Shown here: in pieces, positions 42,601 to 57,600 of the stretch | How positions within the stretch are numbered: the stretch's first letter is position 1 | Layout of the letters: each line of letters starts with the position of its first letter | From: Phoronis australis | Lineage: Eukaryota > Animalia > Phoronida | NCBI GenBank assembly: GCA_002633005.1 | Contig: NMRA01000157.1 | Span: 528,988 to 592,987 of the forward strand | Reading direction: 5' to 3' | DNA length: 64,000 nt | Notes under the pieces: model-generated | What the model was told of the DNA's origin: nothing | Seen by the model: only the letters and a program-made list of their open reading frames with translations | Database searches by the model: none | Program-made: the position numbers and the translations under genes

Positions 42601-45600
42601 AAATAGTCAAAATTGTTCACAAATTAATGTCAGCTATGCTCTTCCCAGTAAGAAAATCTATACCAATTTTTACAAAGATTCTTAGAGTGGTTTGGTCAAC
42701 AGAGCGATGGACACAAAAAGACTTTAAGTAATAAAAATGGCCACTAGGAGGCATACACTAGGTCAAATCTATCTGAAAACGAGATGGTGACATCACCGCT
42801 TTTTACAGAAAACTATTAAATTTGCTAAGTTTTATAAATATACAACATGGAGCTCCAAATATACAGATTGAAATGGGAGAAAATAAAATTGCCACTACGG
42901 GTCACAGTGGTAGTTGGACCCAACCAAAAATAGTCACCATCTGTTGTCACCTTCATACAAATACACTTGCCAAATTTAACAGAGATCCTGCAGAGGATAT
43001 TTGAGATACTAAGTCACAGTGGCAAACAAAACTACCACTAGGATGTGCCACAGTAGCCAGAGCCATCTGAAAATCATTGCCAGTCGTCCTCTTCCCAGCA
43101 GGAACATAATGCCAGTTTTCATAATCATACTTAAGAGTGATTTGACTGATAGATAAGTGGACGTCAAAAACAATAAAAACAGTCACCAGATGGAGTACAC
43201 AACATCCAATCCATCCAAAAACAGGAGAATGTCATTGCCTCTTCAACAGAAACCTATTTACCAAATTTCATTAAAATGCATGAAAGAACTCCAAAGATAC
43301 AGAAGTAAATGTAAGAAACTAAAATTGCCACTAGAGGGTACACTGACAGTCGGACTTACACGAAAATTCGCTCATGCAGTCCCATTCATAAAGGAACATA
43401 TTTGAAAATTTTCATTAACATGCATCCAAGGTTTTGGAGATACAGTTGGTGACGCCAGATACTGGGAACCGGACAGACAGACAGACAGGGTTGATGGCAT
43501 ACTTATATGTGAGCACATAAAAACTAAAACAGGTAAATTCTTTATCATTTGTAGTATTTCTATCACAAAAAATATCTTGTTACTGAGATAATGATGATAG
43601 GAATCATTATGATCACTTTATTTATTCTGCAGGCATGTTTCATTCAGAAGACCAAAGCAATTGGGATAGTCTACTTTATGACACACATAATCAGTATAAA
43701 AATAAAAAAGCAAATTACAATAAATGTTTCAAAGAAAATGGCACATTATTGTTACCTACATGTCCCAGCATATATGTACCACAAAAGAAACAAGGAGAAA
43801 TGGAACAACTTAAGATACAATATAAGTGTTATAAGAATAAGCTATCATTGGTAAAAAGTTAGCATAGAAGCGGTGTAGTGGATAGTTAGTCAAACGACTA
43901 CTGAGTTTACTTAAAGAAAAACGTGCAGTACCAGTTTGATACAAGACATAATATCTCAGCTGTAGTTGCCTACCTTCAATAATGCTGTAAGTAATCAACC
44001 CTTGATCAACAAGATCCACATCAGTTGCATGGAGTCTGGTGAATGGCACTTTTAACTGAATGTCCTGCAACAAACAAGTGAACTGTGAGTTGACAGATCG
44101 CATAAGTTGATAAAATTCATGACTTAAGACCACCAGTACCATAATGAGGTTGGTCACTCAGGAGAAAGGGCGTTCGTAATTAACACACATGCAAAGGTGT
44201 TCACGAGTGTAAATTACAAATGACATTTTCCTGTAATCTAGCAAACTACAGCCTGATAGTCCTTGACTAAAAATAATTGTGATTTAGGCTCACTAACCAA
44301 AGACCAGTCTGCATGATCAATCACCAAACCACAGACTGTTAACTGACAACCCACCAGTTCAGATCCAAAAATAAAAATGACACCTCAGCCACTTAGCAAC
44401 ACCCAACATTCAATAATGGTGATTTCAGGTACATTAGGTAGTAACTAACTGCAGCTCAAGCCATCTGAGGGGTACTTTTCGAAATCTAGATCAACCAAAC
44501 AAAGAACCCTTCTATCTCCACAAAATGAGAGCCAAATTTGAGATGCGGATATTAAATGACCTTACCTCTGTTACATTAATATAGTAGACAGAACTGTTAA
44601 ACACTGGCGCATTGTCATTCACATCTTGGACAAGAATTCTCACAGATGTGTTGGAGCCAGGGTAATTCCCGTCAGATACATTGATCTAAAAATGAATATT
44701 GTACATTAACAATCAACCAAAAGTCAGTCAATGAACACAGATAGGTCTCTGTAAGTGTGTTAACTGATTAATGTGGTGAAAAAACAATTTACAGCTTTTT
44801 GCACTAATATTTTGGATGACAAATTCATAGGCAAGCGATTAAAAATACTATGAACTGCAAAACGTACCTCTAAAGTGTAAATGCTTGATAGGTTCACAGG
44901 CATGGTCTCATGGTCAAGTGGATTCTTGATAGTAATTTGGCCTTGGTTATTAATGGCAAATGAGACATTTGAATCGTCACGTACTATGCTATAGGTTAAC
45001 TGGAAAGAACAAGAACTAAATATCATGCATGCAAGGAATGCTATGGTGTCATCAAATCTTTATGTCAATGGAATCTACCAAACAATGTCAATAGGTTGGG
45101 TAATAATATTCAGTAAGGTACAATCGAATATTTCACAACTGAATTTAGCCCCAAATGCCATTTCAGTAGATATGAAACAATTTTTTCAAAATATTGTAGC
45201 AACACTGGCAGAACTTCATTTTTTCAAAAAGCATAAATTTGGTGCAATATGTCTTTCATGAAGAATGAGAAACTAGTTACAATACTTGTCTTAAATGCTT
45301 ATTGTAACCAAAGTTCCCTGTATCAAATAATCTGTACAGAGCAGATGACTTGGGAATCGTAGGGAAACATTACAAATGAGCGAATATCATTAAACAAGCA
45401 CATTATAAAGTGATTTGCCTGCGTGTGACAATTGTGTACATTCAGACATGTCATCACCTGACCTGAAGTAACATGATGGATATAATACGACATGTCACTG
45501 ACACTACCTCAGATTTTTCGTCAGGGTCAACGGCCGTCACTGTAGTTACAACATGATCGATGGGTTGGTCTTCCGTGACTGTGACATCATACTGAGAGAA

Positions 45601-48600
45601 TGGGAATCTTGGAGCATTGTCATTGACATCACTAATGAAGACATAAACCTGCACAGAAATTTGTTCAAAATCATTTCAAAGAAATTAAAGCCACAACGAA
45701 CCAAGATGATGGATTTTTCATACTGTCCACCTCCCTTAAAATCTGAATATTATGTGTGTCAAAAAGTTTTGAAGAAATTAGTTGGGGCATATGTCTGACT
45801 ATCCCAAATACACTCAGGGAGTATCAATACTATAGGTGTGCTTAAATAAAGAATTTCCAGGACATCAATGCCAAATATATCCTAGGAATATCAATAATAT
45901 AGCTGGTGCTTAAATTAAGAATTTACGGGACATTCTCCTCTTTAATATACCAAAACAAGAACCGTATTTTAGTAAAATATTGCACGGAAAAGTTTACAAC
46001 TGAACAAGTTAAGGTTAACATTACTGTTTACAGGAAAACTTGGGGAACATTTAGGGTTTAACTCATGTTTCAACAAACATGAGCCCCGTGCATATTTTCA
46101 GATTATGCCATAACATATACCCACTGCAAAAAACTACAGTAGTATTGAATGAACAACTTTAACCTCCAAAATTAAAATTATCTGTTGTTTCTTCTCATAC
46201 CAGCCACAACATTCAGATGGTGCTAGTACATATCTAGCTCTACACAGAGGAATCTGAAGAGTTCTCATCACAGAAATATCCATAATGCGTTTCTCAAATA
46301 CTATTGCAATGAGCAGTATTTAACCTTAAGACATCCTTAGAACTGATGAAATTATGTCTCATCTGTATTACTACTTTCAAATGACAATACCAACATTTTT
46401 GATAAATGTACAATACAAAAACACACCCCAACTTCCGCAGATAGAAGTTCATTGGAAGAACCTCGACCATAGGCTGTGACAAGAAGTGACTGCTTCGCAA
46501 TGTCTTCACGATCCAATGGCTTAGAAAGAGTGATCAAACCCTACAAAGAAACGCAATGCTTAACATGTTCTGAGCACAAGATCTCAATGAAAACTAAAAA
46601 ATCTATGCCTGAGGGCATTGAGTTTGAGTTGTCCCACTTAAGTCATCATTATTCATGACTGTAAGATGAAAAGTAAAAAATTGAATCAATTATCAACTGT
46701 ACTCTTTCAATTAATTATCATTTTTCAGTCAAATGGTATTACCTAGAGCCAAATGATTCCTTTTAAAAATTGAGTCACCCTCTGTCAGTGTTCCTCGACA
46801 ATAACACCGGGACCCTGAACTATCAGTGAGACACTTAAATCTCATTCCGTAATGTCCATTCAAGGAGGGACTCCTTTCTCCACAGAACCCATAATTCCAA
46901 GGACACCCCGCTCACGAAAAACAACTGTTAGACGCTTAAAAAGCATAGGTCTCGACACTGCACATGGAATGCCACTGGTTTGAACTCGATAATGCTCAAA
47001 CATCACTGCATACTCATTTGAGACAGCAGTCATGAGGACAATAGACAGAGAAAGTTCTTGATTTGAGGGGGTGTCAAAGAGGCTGTGTGGGCACAATTCA
47101 AGAACCCCTACTTAAATATTCACAGAGGAGTCAGATTTAATTGGTTTGACATAAGGTCCAGAGCCCTTAAGTAGTTGTCCAGGAACACTAGCAGAATGCC
47201 ATACAATGTAGGCAGAAATCAGTCAGTCATTAATCCCCAGTAGGAGAAATATTTCAGTGAGTTTTCAGATAAACTGTTTGATATATAATTCAAATGTTAA
47301 GTACTTCATCAAGATAAATGATATCTATCATCAAAATAGACAACACTATCTTCTTAAAAGAATCCCATTCTCAGTTAGCTCTCTGAGAGTCCTCACCTGA
47401 CTGTCAATAGCATAATGGTCTCTTCTGTGTCCATGGGTGATGTTGTAGGTGATGCCTGCATCATTACTCCCATTTATCCTCTGGAAGGCATTTATGTCAG
47501 CAATTGAGGCTGGAAATGTATTCTCTACCACATACTTCACGTAGTAGTTATCACGGAATCTTGGCTGATACGGTCCAGGAGGAGTGAAAACTTCCAAGTG
47601 CAAATCAACAGTGGAGGACCGCTGAGGTAAACCAAGATCAAATGCCATTATAGTGAGATTGTACCATCCACTGTTGAGAGCAATAAGAACTGTGATGTTA
47701 CCGCTATCAGCGTCTAAAGAGAAGAAACTGCTGGTAGTACTCATGTTGTACTTGACCTCATTATTTCCATTCAGGTCACTGTCTGCATCAAAAGCCTTTG
47801 CTGCAAAGATAACCTTGCCCACAGGGGTTTGATTAGAGATCCGTACGATGTCTGGCATCTCAGCAAACTCTGGCGCGTTGTCATTGTAGTCAGTGACCAC
47901 CATTCTAACAATGGCAGTGCTTGATTTTGGGTCTTGGGCCTTGTCCGTAACTTGAACAACCAGTTCGTAGAATCGTTCTGATTCATAGTCCAAGGTTTTG
48001 CTGTTTGTGATGACACCTGTTGAACTAATGCTGAATGTGTCCATGTTGTTGCCAGATATGATACTGTAGTCAATCTGTCCCGAGGCACCAGTGTCATCGT
48101 CCGTGGCGTTGACCACAATTATTACCGTCCCGTTGTTAATGTTCTCTGGGAATGAGGCAAAGTAGCTGAACTCCAGAAACCTTGGCGCATGCAAATTTGA
48201 AGCATTTACAAACACCACAACAGAAACATTGGACAACAATGACGGAATACCATGGTCAACGACGTATACAGTCATCTCATATTTGGACTTGATCTTTTCA
48301 TCTAGTTGACCTGTTAGATGTATTTCCCCAGAGCTGTAATCAATTTCAAATTTGCCGTCATGATCCACTAACCAATAAGTTAATTCGCTGTTGTGACCCG
48401 TGTCAGCATCACTGGCTTTGACAGTAACAATTGGACGGCCAATGGCTGCATCTTCAGGAACGCTTGCCAAGTACACTTTTCGCAGAAATCTTGGTGGATT
48501 GTCATTTACATCAATGACAGAAATGTTCACCATAGTATAGTCGCATAAGTCTGGATCACAAACAGATACATTGAGCTCATGAATATACTGAAGCTCTCTA

Positions 48601-51600
48601 TCCAACATTTGACTTGTCTTAACACTTCCGGAGGAATCCACCTCGAAATAGTTACTTCCTCCCACAATAGTGTAGTTGAAAATTTTGGAATCCACATCAG
48701 AAACTGTCAACTGTAATAAAGAGTTAAGTGGCACTACATATTGCACTTCTTGAACTTTAGAACCAACATCCAACTTTTTAGACAACCTCTGCTAATTTGA
48801 GATTTTGTTTTCATTCAAAAGCAGAACGTGAGGGAGCATCAGGGGCTGGTCATGTCAAAAGATCCAGTCTTAGTTAAGACGTCTGTAACTTCCATTTTAA
48901 TTTGCACACTGAGTTCATTTACATGAAGTTCATTACACAATTTGTGAAGATAGTTCTTAACTCAACATCAATTTCTGTCGAAGGAAAAAACGCAGTCATA
49001 TTAGCATTAATGAGCATACGACCCTCTCAGCAGCAGCAGGACTTGCGATCTTTGATAAAAAAGGTAAACAGTGCTGAGGCAAACTAAATGACTCTTGTTT
49101 AGCCTATGTTTGAGTCAATTATAAAATTTTCCAAAGATGAAACTTAAAGAATGAACAATAAATTTCAATGGCCGTGTTGATTCCATTTACAAATGATTCA
49201 AACACTGTTACACGGTTTCAAAGACAAAAAATTATAAAACCATGAGGTGTTAAATTGGCTACTTGATCATTGGACTAAATTTATTCACATGTACCAGGAC
49301 ATCAGTAATTTCTTCAAGTGCTCATCCAGCCAAGTAAAACCCACCCACGTTTTCCAGCTTTTATACAAGAACACCTCCAGTTAATGTATTGTTGGACATG
49401 AGTACATACCTGAACAACAAGAGCTCCAGATGGGTAATTTTCAGCCACTTGGGCTTGATAAATATTCTTCTGGAAAGATGGTGCCTTATCATTCTTGTCC
49501 AGCACATTCACAACCACAGGCACTGCACTGGCCCGTGGGGGTGTGCCGCCATCCCTTGCCTCCACATACAGAACATGGCGTGCCTGTTCCTCATAGTCGG
49601 CACCTTTCTTCACTGACAGCACACCCGTTGTTGTGTTGATGCCAAACAAGCCAATATCATTTCCACTCACAATACGGTAGGTTACCTTGCCCAAAGCACC
49701 GCTGTCTTTGTCTGAAGCATACACCTATGGAGAAAAGACAGTAAATGTGAACTTTGACACTACATTTTCTGATGAAAAGACTACACACTACAAATTAGAC
49801 TGAGTTATTCAAATAACAGAGTTCAGTTAGTGAGTACATAGTTTACAAACTCTAGCAGGATAAGTAAGCTTTACAAATAAACATTACTGCCTTTAATTCG
49901 TTGTTTTGGTGAACATTGTAAAAATGTTCCTACAGCCAACTAATGAGGGAGCATGACAGATTCTTTACTTCCAGATCACACACTCAATAAACAACACTTT
50001 TGATTACTTAACAACCCACGAGAAACAAGGTCGCAAGCTGGTCACATAAAGAATGATAGATAAGCATTTTTCCCATTGTTATAATACATAATACAGATAA
50101 CGACAAGCATTTATCTGTAATTATGTGATGTACTACCAAGGTATGGTATCCATATAACCTGTACAGTTATAACCAACAAAGACGCAACAAAGGAAAAAAT
50201 AATATTTCCAATAGGTGATAACCATGCTACTAGCTTACAGCCATTGTATGGTTCTTGCAAGTTAAAGAATACCTTACGAACTGTGTACTACATCATTTGC
50301 CATGGGAAGGAAAATAAATCTACTATTAAGTAGATAGTAAAAATGTTCTTATGAAACTTACTTGAATCAAAGACTGTGATTCCATGTTCTCTGGTAAGTT
50401 TGCTTCATACTTTGACTGGTTGAACATTGGTGAGTTATCATTGACATCAGTCACTAAAACATTGACTGTAGCCTGATCTATTGACTTGCCATCAGTAACT
50501 TGCACTTCCAAGGTATATGACTGGACTTTCTCATAATCCAAAATGGCTGCCGTGAAGAGGTTACCAGTGGTTAATTCTATTCGTAATGCTAAATGAAAAA
50601 ATAAAAACAGAATATGAGTTACGTTTCATTCAAAAATATTTCATCAGAAAATTCCCCATTACAGTTAAAAAGTTCCATAAAAGAGAGGAATGCAAAACTT
50701 AACGATTATCAAACTATGTGGAAATGTCTGCACACAAAATATTGAACTGTGAGCATTAAAAGATTCAACATTTTCGATAAATTGCGACCCATTAAAATGT
50801 ATAAAATAGCAAAACAGCTTAAGTACCTTTAAGGTCTGCAGTGATTATGGTGTAGTTCAACTGCTGGGTGTCCTCATCAGTAGCACGCAGGCTTCCAACA
50901 AAGAAGTTTAAGGGAGATAACTCCACTAAACTGAAGTTGTACACGCGGTGACTGAACTCTGGTGGACTGTCATTGATATCAGTAACACGAACATTCACCT
51001 GCGCAGAGCTGAAAGTCAAGTGTAGTTTAGAAACTAAAAGATGTCAAAAATTCTGCAACACTTCAGTGAATGCACGAAGCTTCTGTTATGATCTCAATAG
51101 CAGAATGAATTACCAGTACATGACAACGTGATCAGGATAGAATAAAATCTACTTCTTGTTTGACTTTCAGGTCCCTCATGACATATAACAACTGTGATTG
51201 AAAGTTTTGTTCCCATTCAGCCGTCATAACAGGAAACTACGCGTTATTCTGTTGAATCAGTCGCCTTGCACTGTACATTTAATGAGTTGTAACATATTTA
51301 CAAATTTTAGTTAAATCACTGCTTGGCCATGGTTTTACTTTCCATTCCCTATATGGTACAATTAGTTAAACTAAAGGTAAAGAAAATGACGCACACAAGT
51401 TCCCCGGCAATGAAAAATGTGTGAACTTCAAACACAAAATGAATGCTGACAAAGGCACTACTTCAAAGTATTGTTTCGCAGTTTATAAACAATTAACAAC
51501 TTTTTCACTCAGCTTAAAAGCAGCAACCAAGGAAAGAAGCACGTTTTTCTCCTTACAGACTGAAAGGTAGCCCAAGAAGATGCAAGTGTTCAACGGACCA

Positions 51601-54600
51601 GCATGCACTGCTAACTTTGCATTCCTCACAATTTTTGTGTCTTGGCCACAAAAACATAACTTCAAAATGAATGCTGGTATGTTATGGTATTATGCTCTGG
51701 ACACACCGTGCTTACCTAGAGAGAGGTGGATGACCGTGGTCAGAGGCGATCACTCTGAAACTATAGTCTGAAGATTTTTCAAAGTCCAAAGGTTTACTGA
51801 CAGTAATCTCTCCTGTAACTGCATCAACTGCAAATGGAACCTGTACAAAAACAAGACAGTTTCAAAACTCCAGGTAAAACTGAATTGACACCAGCTAATT
51901 AAAAACTAACAATGTATTGCTTAATACTCCGACAAACCATAACTCTAGATAGAAAAAACACAAGCTACGTACCTTTTGAAACTTGTTCTTAATCAATTAA
52001 AGTAATGAAGGAAGTGATTGTTGCTGAGTTACCACTTTGTTGATAGAAACTTGCTTAGATACCATTTAGGTATTGGCTCTTGGAAATCAATAAAAGAACT
52101 TTGCTAAAAATAATGTGGGCAGGTGTTTTTTTCGTTAAACAGAAACAACTATGCTATTTTCTTTGGCTTAATCCTGTGAAATTATAAACAATGAACTGTA
52201 GTACTGAAGAACCAAAACAAAAGGTAGCATCTTGAGACATGAGTGAAAGACAATGATTTTGAAAGACAGCACTGCGTGTGACTTTAAGTTAACAAGACAG
52301 AAACCAAGAACTTGCATACAGCTAAATATCTACAAAATCTCAAATTCAAGATGGCAGAAAGCAAGTTTGTACCGTTTCTGCGATACAGTGCTCGGTGCCT
52401 AGACAAACTTGACCAGTTCTTATCAATGATCCAAAATTAAAAGAAGCACAAATGGTAAACAAAAAGAGAAGTACAATGCAATACCAAACAGAGTGGAGCT
52501 TGATAACCATTGTGTTGAGTCTGTGCAGATAGGGGGCGCTTGATATAATCTGAACCAAGAACAAAAAAACTCTACATCTGAATGGGACATGCACTAAATA
52601 AGGGTCCCAAGTGTTTAGCTTGGAATTCTTCACTAGCTCCACCTACAGCAAAATCAGGCCAGTTTAGGACTCAATAGCTGACAAGTGAAATTCTCTTTTT
52701 TCTCAAATGGTACACAGTACCTAATTAGTGCATCGTTGTTAGGATCTATACCATACCTACCTTGTGGCAGTGCTTCTGGGAAATTGTGGACATTTCAAAA
52801 ATGTTGATAACCGTTGAAAAAAGACCCATGTTGGCAATAATTATTGTTTTTGTTCAAAAATGCTGACGTCTGACATTTTATAGTAGTGAAACAATATGTA
52901 TGATTTGACAAATAGCATCATTTTATTGCATTGTGACCACTCTATCCTCTGGCTTAAATGTGATACAGCGCACTACTGACGAACCTAGCCATAAATCCTG
53001 ACCACAAAGCAGGCGTCAGTGCATCACAGAAGGTAAGAATAAGCTAATCTAATCAGAGATGAAAAATGGGAGGAAAAAGCATTCAGTTTTCATGCATTAA
53101 AAGCAAATTTAGGCAAATGCTTCTTGAACATCAGATCATGCACTTCCAGAGAACAATGTTGCCCTCAGCATCCAGCCACATGTAACATTTGCTCTCCTTC
53201 TGTTCATACAATAATAAACACATACCACCCATATTTGTAAAATGTTAACATATGGAAGGGGTAATAGAATATCAGAAGACAAACACTACGGAATGATGCA
53301 GTCATACCTGGTCATCAATAGAGAATGTGACACGACCATTTTCACCAGAGTCGACATCAGTGACATTCATAGATGCAATGACAGAGTCGTTAACATTGGC
53401 ACTTTCTAGAACGTTCACAGTGTAGGAAGCTAAAAAATAAAAGTAAAGAACTATGAACAAATCTATAAATTACAAAAACGTTTGAAACAGATTCAGCACT
53501 ATATTGTGACTTTGCCAAGACAGTTTAATTAGAATCAAGAGTTTGTACAAATTTTCCAACTTAACAATGTGGCAGACAGCAAAAACATGTAATTGCAGAC
53601 AAAAACTCAACCACATCAATAAGATAAGAATCAAAGGATCACATTAACACACATGATGGGCTATAGTTTCACTTCCAATAGAAAAGTTACAAAGATTAAG
53701 TCAAATTGGGCCTCACTAAGTGCAAAGAGAAAACATTAAAGGAAACAAAGCATTGACAAATACACCTAGATGTAAAAGGAAGTTGGAGATTATTACCTCG
53801 TTGAAAGACTGGAGGGTTATCATTGACGTCAATGACTGTGATGTTTACAGATGCTGTACTGTTCAGACTGCGGTCAGCTGCAGTCACCTGAATCAAACAT
53901 ATACAGAGCTTATCACTGTGTGAGATGGATCAGACTCCAATAAATGAGAAGAAAGTATACAGCATACTACCATTCATTGCCAGAAATGACTGAAAATGAA
54001 AGAATAGGTGGAGCTCAATAATAAAGGGTTTAACAATTGCTTAACACCACTCACAGACACGCCGACAGGTTCTAAGACAGCAAAAAGCCATAACCATAAC
54101 TACTTTGGGTATAGTAATAAAGTATAAAATTGGATACTAGTAATTCTGAATTCTTCATAAAATGTTCATGGTTTTTAGCTTCTGTATAATAAATATCAAT
54201 CAAAATGTTTCACTGAGGTCAGGTCAGTTTATGGAGCAGCTGGTAAATAATTTATAAGTGTGTTTTCACTGCATATAGCCAACTGCACAGAATGCTCAAC
54301 AAAATAGAAAGTCCTTACCAAAATTTCCCCATAGCTCAGTATCTCAAATGGCTACTGAACAAGACAAAGATGTATTGGAGAAAAAATGATGATGTTACAT
54401 TCTGTCATGTAAATTTATACACAAACAATTCACAAAGCATAAACCAGAAAACATTCCTTCAGTAAGCTGAAGACTCCTGCAAATAATGTCGACTGTCATT
54501 TCATGTACATGACCAAAACATGGGACTTACAGTCGAAAATGGGAATAGCTAGAATGTACACCTTCAGGAAGCAGAAAATTAAATAGCGTCACGGAAGAGA

Positions 54601-57600
54601 CAGACAAACACGATACTACTTGACCACGAAGAAGCTCTTTAAGGGCAAGGTTGAAATCTCAACTAAAACGCAAGAGTTGTTGAGAAGGGTGCCTTTCAAT
54701 GTTCTGTACCTGAATGATGAAGCCGGTGTCCCCCTTTTCATAGTCAAGGTGATCTTTAAGACTAATGATTCCCATTGTGTCGTCAATGTTAAATTTGGTA
54801 GGCCCGTCAATGGTGTATCTGATTTCTGCGTTGGAATCACTATCTGTGGCTATCACCCTACAGAAAACAAAGAGGAAAAATGAACAAGCATCAAACTTGA
54901 ATGTGATTTAAAGACAAGGGTTCTAAATTCAAAAAGCTGTGTTCTCTATTACTCAAATGTACTGTTAATCGTTTTCAAAATACTCATTCAAACAAAGCAT
55001 TACAAGACTATTTCTGATGAAAACATTCGAACTGTGAGTTGCATCTGACATCAAGGACAAAAAAGAGGAAAATTTTCCAGGTGATGTATCGTTCCACAAA
55101 TAAAGAGGTTTGTGTGACAGAAATATTTTTGTGTCGTGAAATTTAACTAAAATAAACATTTTGTATGAATGAGGTAAAAATAATAAAAAAACAGATGAAA
55201 AGAGGAAATTGCAAATCAAAGAAGAAATTGCAACCAAAAAAGAGGAAATTGAAACCGAAAAAGAGGAAATCCTCTCAAAAGAGGAAAATTCCAAGCTAAA
55301 GACTATGTCTGCTAAAACAAAGTGATATGCCACCAAACAATTTATATTCGTGATTTTCATTGGTTCAATATTTTCCCGTTTTTATTAAACCCAGCAGTAA
55401 TACCTTATTATGCTAAAGCCAATGTTGTGGTTTTCTTTCACTTGAGCATGGTATAAGTTCTGGGTGAAGAGTGGTGGATTATCATTGATGTCCTACAAAA
55501 GGGAAGCCAATAACATTGATGTCTTAACAGTAACAAGAAATTATTCATTATTTCTATCAGAATTATCAAGAGATGTGATTGAAACTTAAGTAAAAAGTAA
55601 CACCTCTGAAGAGGGAATAATTGCTACATTAATCCCTTCAATTACATAATGCAAACAAAGCTTGAAAGTGATCAATCTATCCCTAAAATAAGAGCTTAAG
55701 CACAAATTGGCTTACTTTAACATTAACTGTGACTGTGACAGTGGCATTTGTCAGATTAACTGCTGCTGGCCCTTGGAACGCAACCACATTGTAGGCAAGA
55801 ACTTCCAGAGAGTACTGCTTTTGGGCCTCATGGTCAAGTTTCACGCGAGTAGACAGTTGGCCAGAGTCGGGATCAATCTTAAACAATGTCTGATTACCAC
55901 TGGTGAGAGCATATTTTACAACGCCATTTTCTCCATCGTCCGCATCAGTCACCTAAAAAGATTTGTCCAGTGTTTAAATAAACAGATCACAGGACGTGAG
56001 CACAGCATATGCCAAAGAAACAAGAATGACACAAAGCATCGAAATGCGCCCACGACAGTGCTACAAACAGTACGCTTCTAGGTGGTGTTTATTAGTATCG
56101 TCTAATATATAATTAGACTAATTCTGAAAAAATTGTAAATCAACTGATGCTCGCCCATCCAAGCAATCAAAACATACACCACAAATCTGTCCGGCTATCT
56201 TAACAATAATCAAGGGACAACAATATCTTGTCTAAAACTATGATTGTCAACGGGGCACAATGGTCATCAGCCCCATAATTAAGTGGTGTCTGCACTTCCT
56301 AGTCATGAACTTTCGTGTCAAATTTCATCAAAACCTGTCAAGCCATAGTAATCAACAGAAAAGTAATATCTTGTCAAAAAGGAATATGGCCAATGAGGTC
56401 ATTTTGCCGAAAACTGAGACAAGGAATTTCTTATCAAAAACTAAAATGGCCCACAAAGGGTGTCATCATAGTAGGTCAATCCATTGAAAATCAACTGTTT
56501 ACAGTGCCTTTCCACCATAAACTTCAGCATAAAATTTCAGCAAAAAATTCATTACATCCCTTGGCCTTAAACTGATTTTCAAAAAATTACTTGTCAGCGA
56601 CCAACAGGGGGTGCCATGGCAGTCAAGACATTTAGCTAAAAACTGATGAACAAGGAATTGCTTGTCAAAAACAGAAAACCAGGAATGCGACAGCATTCAA
56701 AAACATCCAAACAAAATTGGTATGGGCCAGTACATTCGCACCTCTGCATCAAGGTTTTGACAAAATTAGATAACCCGTTTCGGTAAAAATAGAATGCGGA
56801 GGAATTTCTTATCGAAAACTAAAACTACCTACACAGGGTCCAAAAGTAATCTATGAAATCCGAAATATCAAAAAGTTTTGGTGCATCTGCGTCACAAAGC
56901 TCTGTGGCACATCTCATCATGATCTGTCAAGTGTTTTTTGACAAAAATCTACAGACAAGGAAAAGTGACAACAGATGGAAGGGATGCCAACTGCATGCAA
57001 CTACATAAATTCAAAAACACAACAGTACTCAGAGAGAGTTCAATTGTGATAAGCATTACTTAGACAACTTATCAATTCAGGACTAACAAGAAATGAGAAT
57101 TGATTTCCCTTAACTCTAACAAAACACTGGTAACACATCAGTTCTCAACAAAGCAATTATGTTAGTTGTGCTGGTGTCTGCCTTTTTCGACAAAGTAATA
57201 TGGCTCCCAAGACAGATTTCCTGTAGTTATACAATGGACTGCCTGCAGAATGCATAATTTGTGTGACACAAAAAAGGCAAATGTTGTTGTTTCCTCATTC
57301 CCGGGGACTGTCAACTTGTCGTAAACAAACGAGAAAGTTAACATAATTGATTATTTTAAATTTGCAAAGCAGCTGTTGAGTGATGACGAAAACACTTCTA
57401 TGAACAAACTACAACTCAGAATGTCAAAGTTCAGTTTGGAAGCTCAGAATATTGACAACTCTAATTGCTAAGATGTCTACTATTCAAAAGATTTCCAAAA
57501 CTTCAAAAAGTCGTTGGTAATAAAAGTAAATCATATTCAACATTTAATTGTATTCATTTCTCAAATACCTCAATTTTCAAGAGAACTGTTGCTGCAGTAT

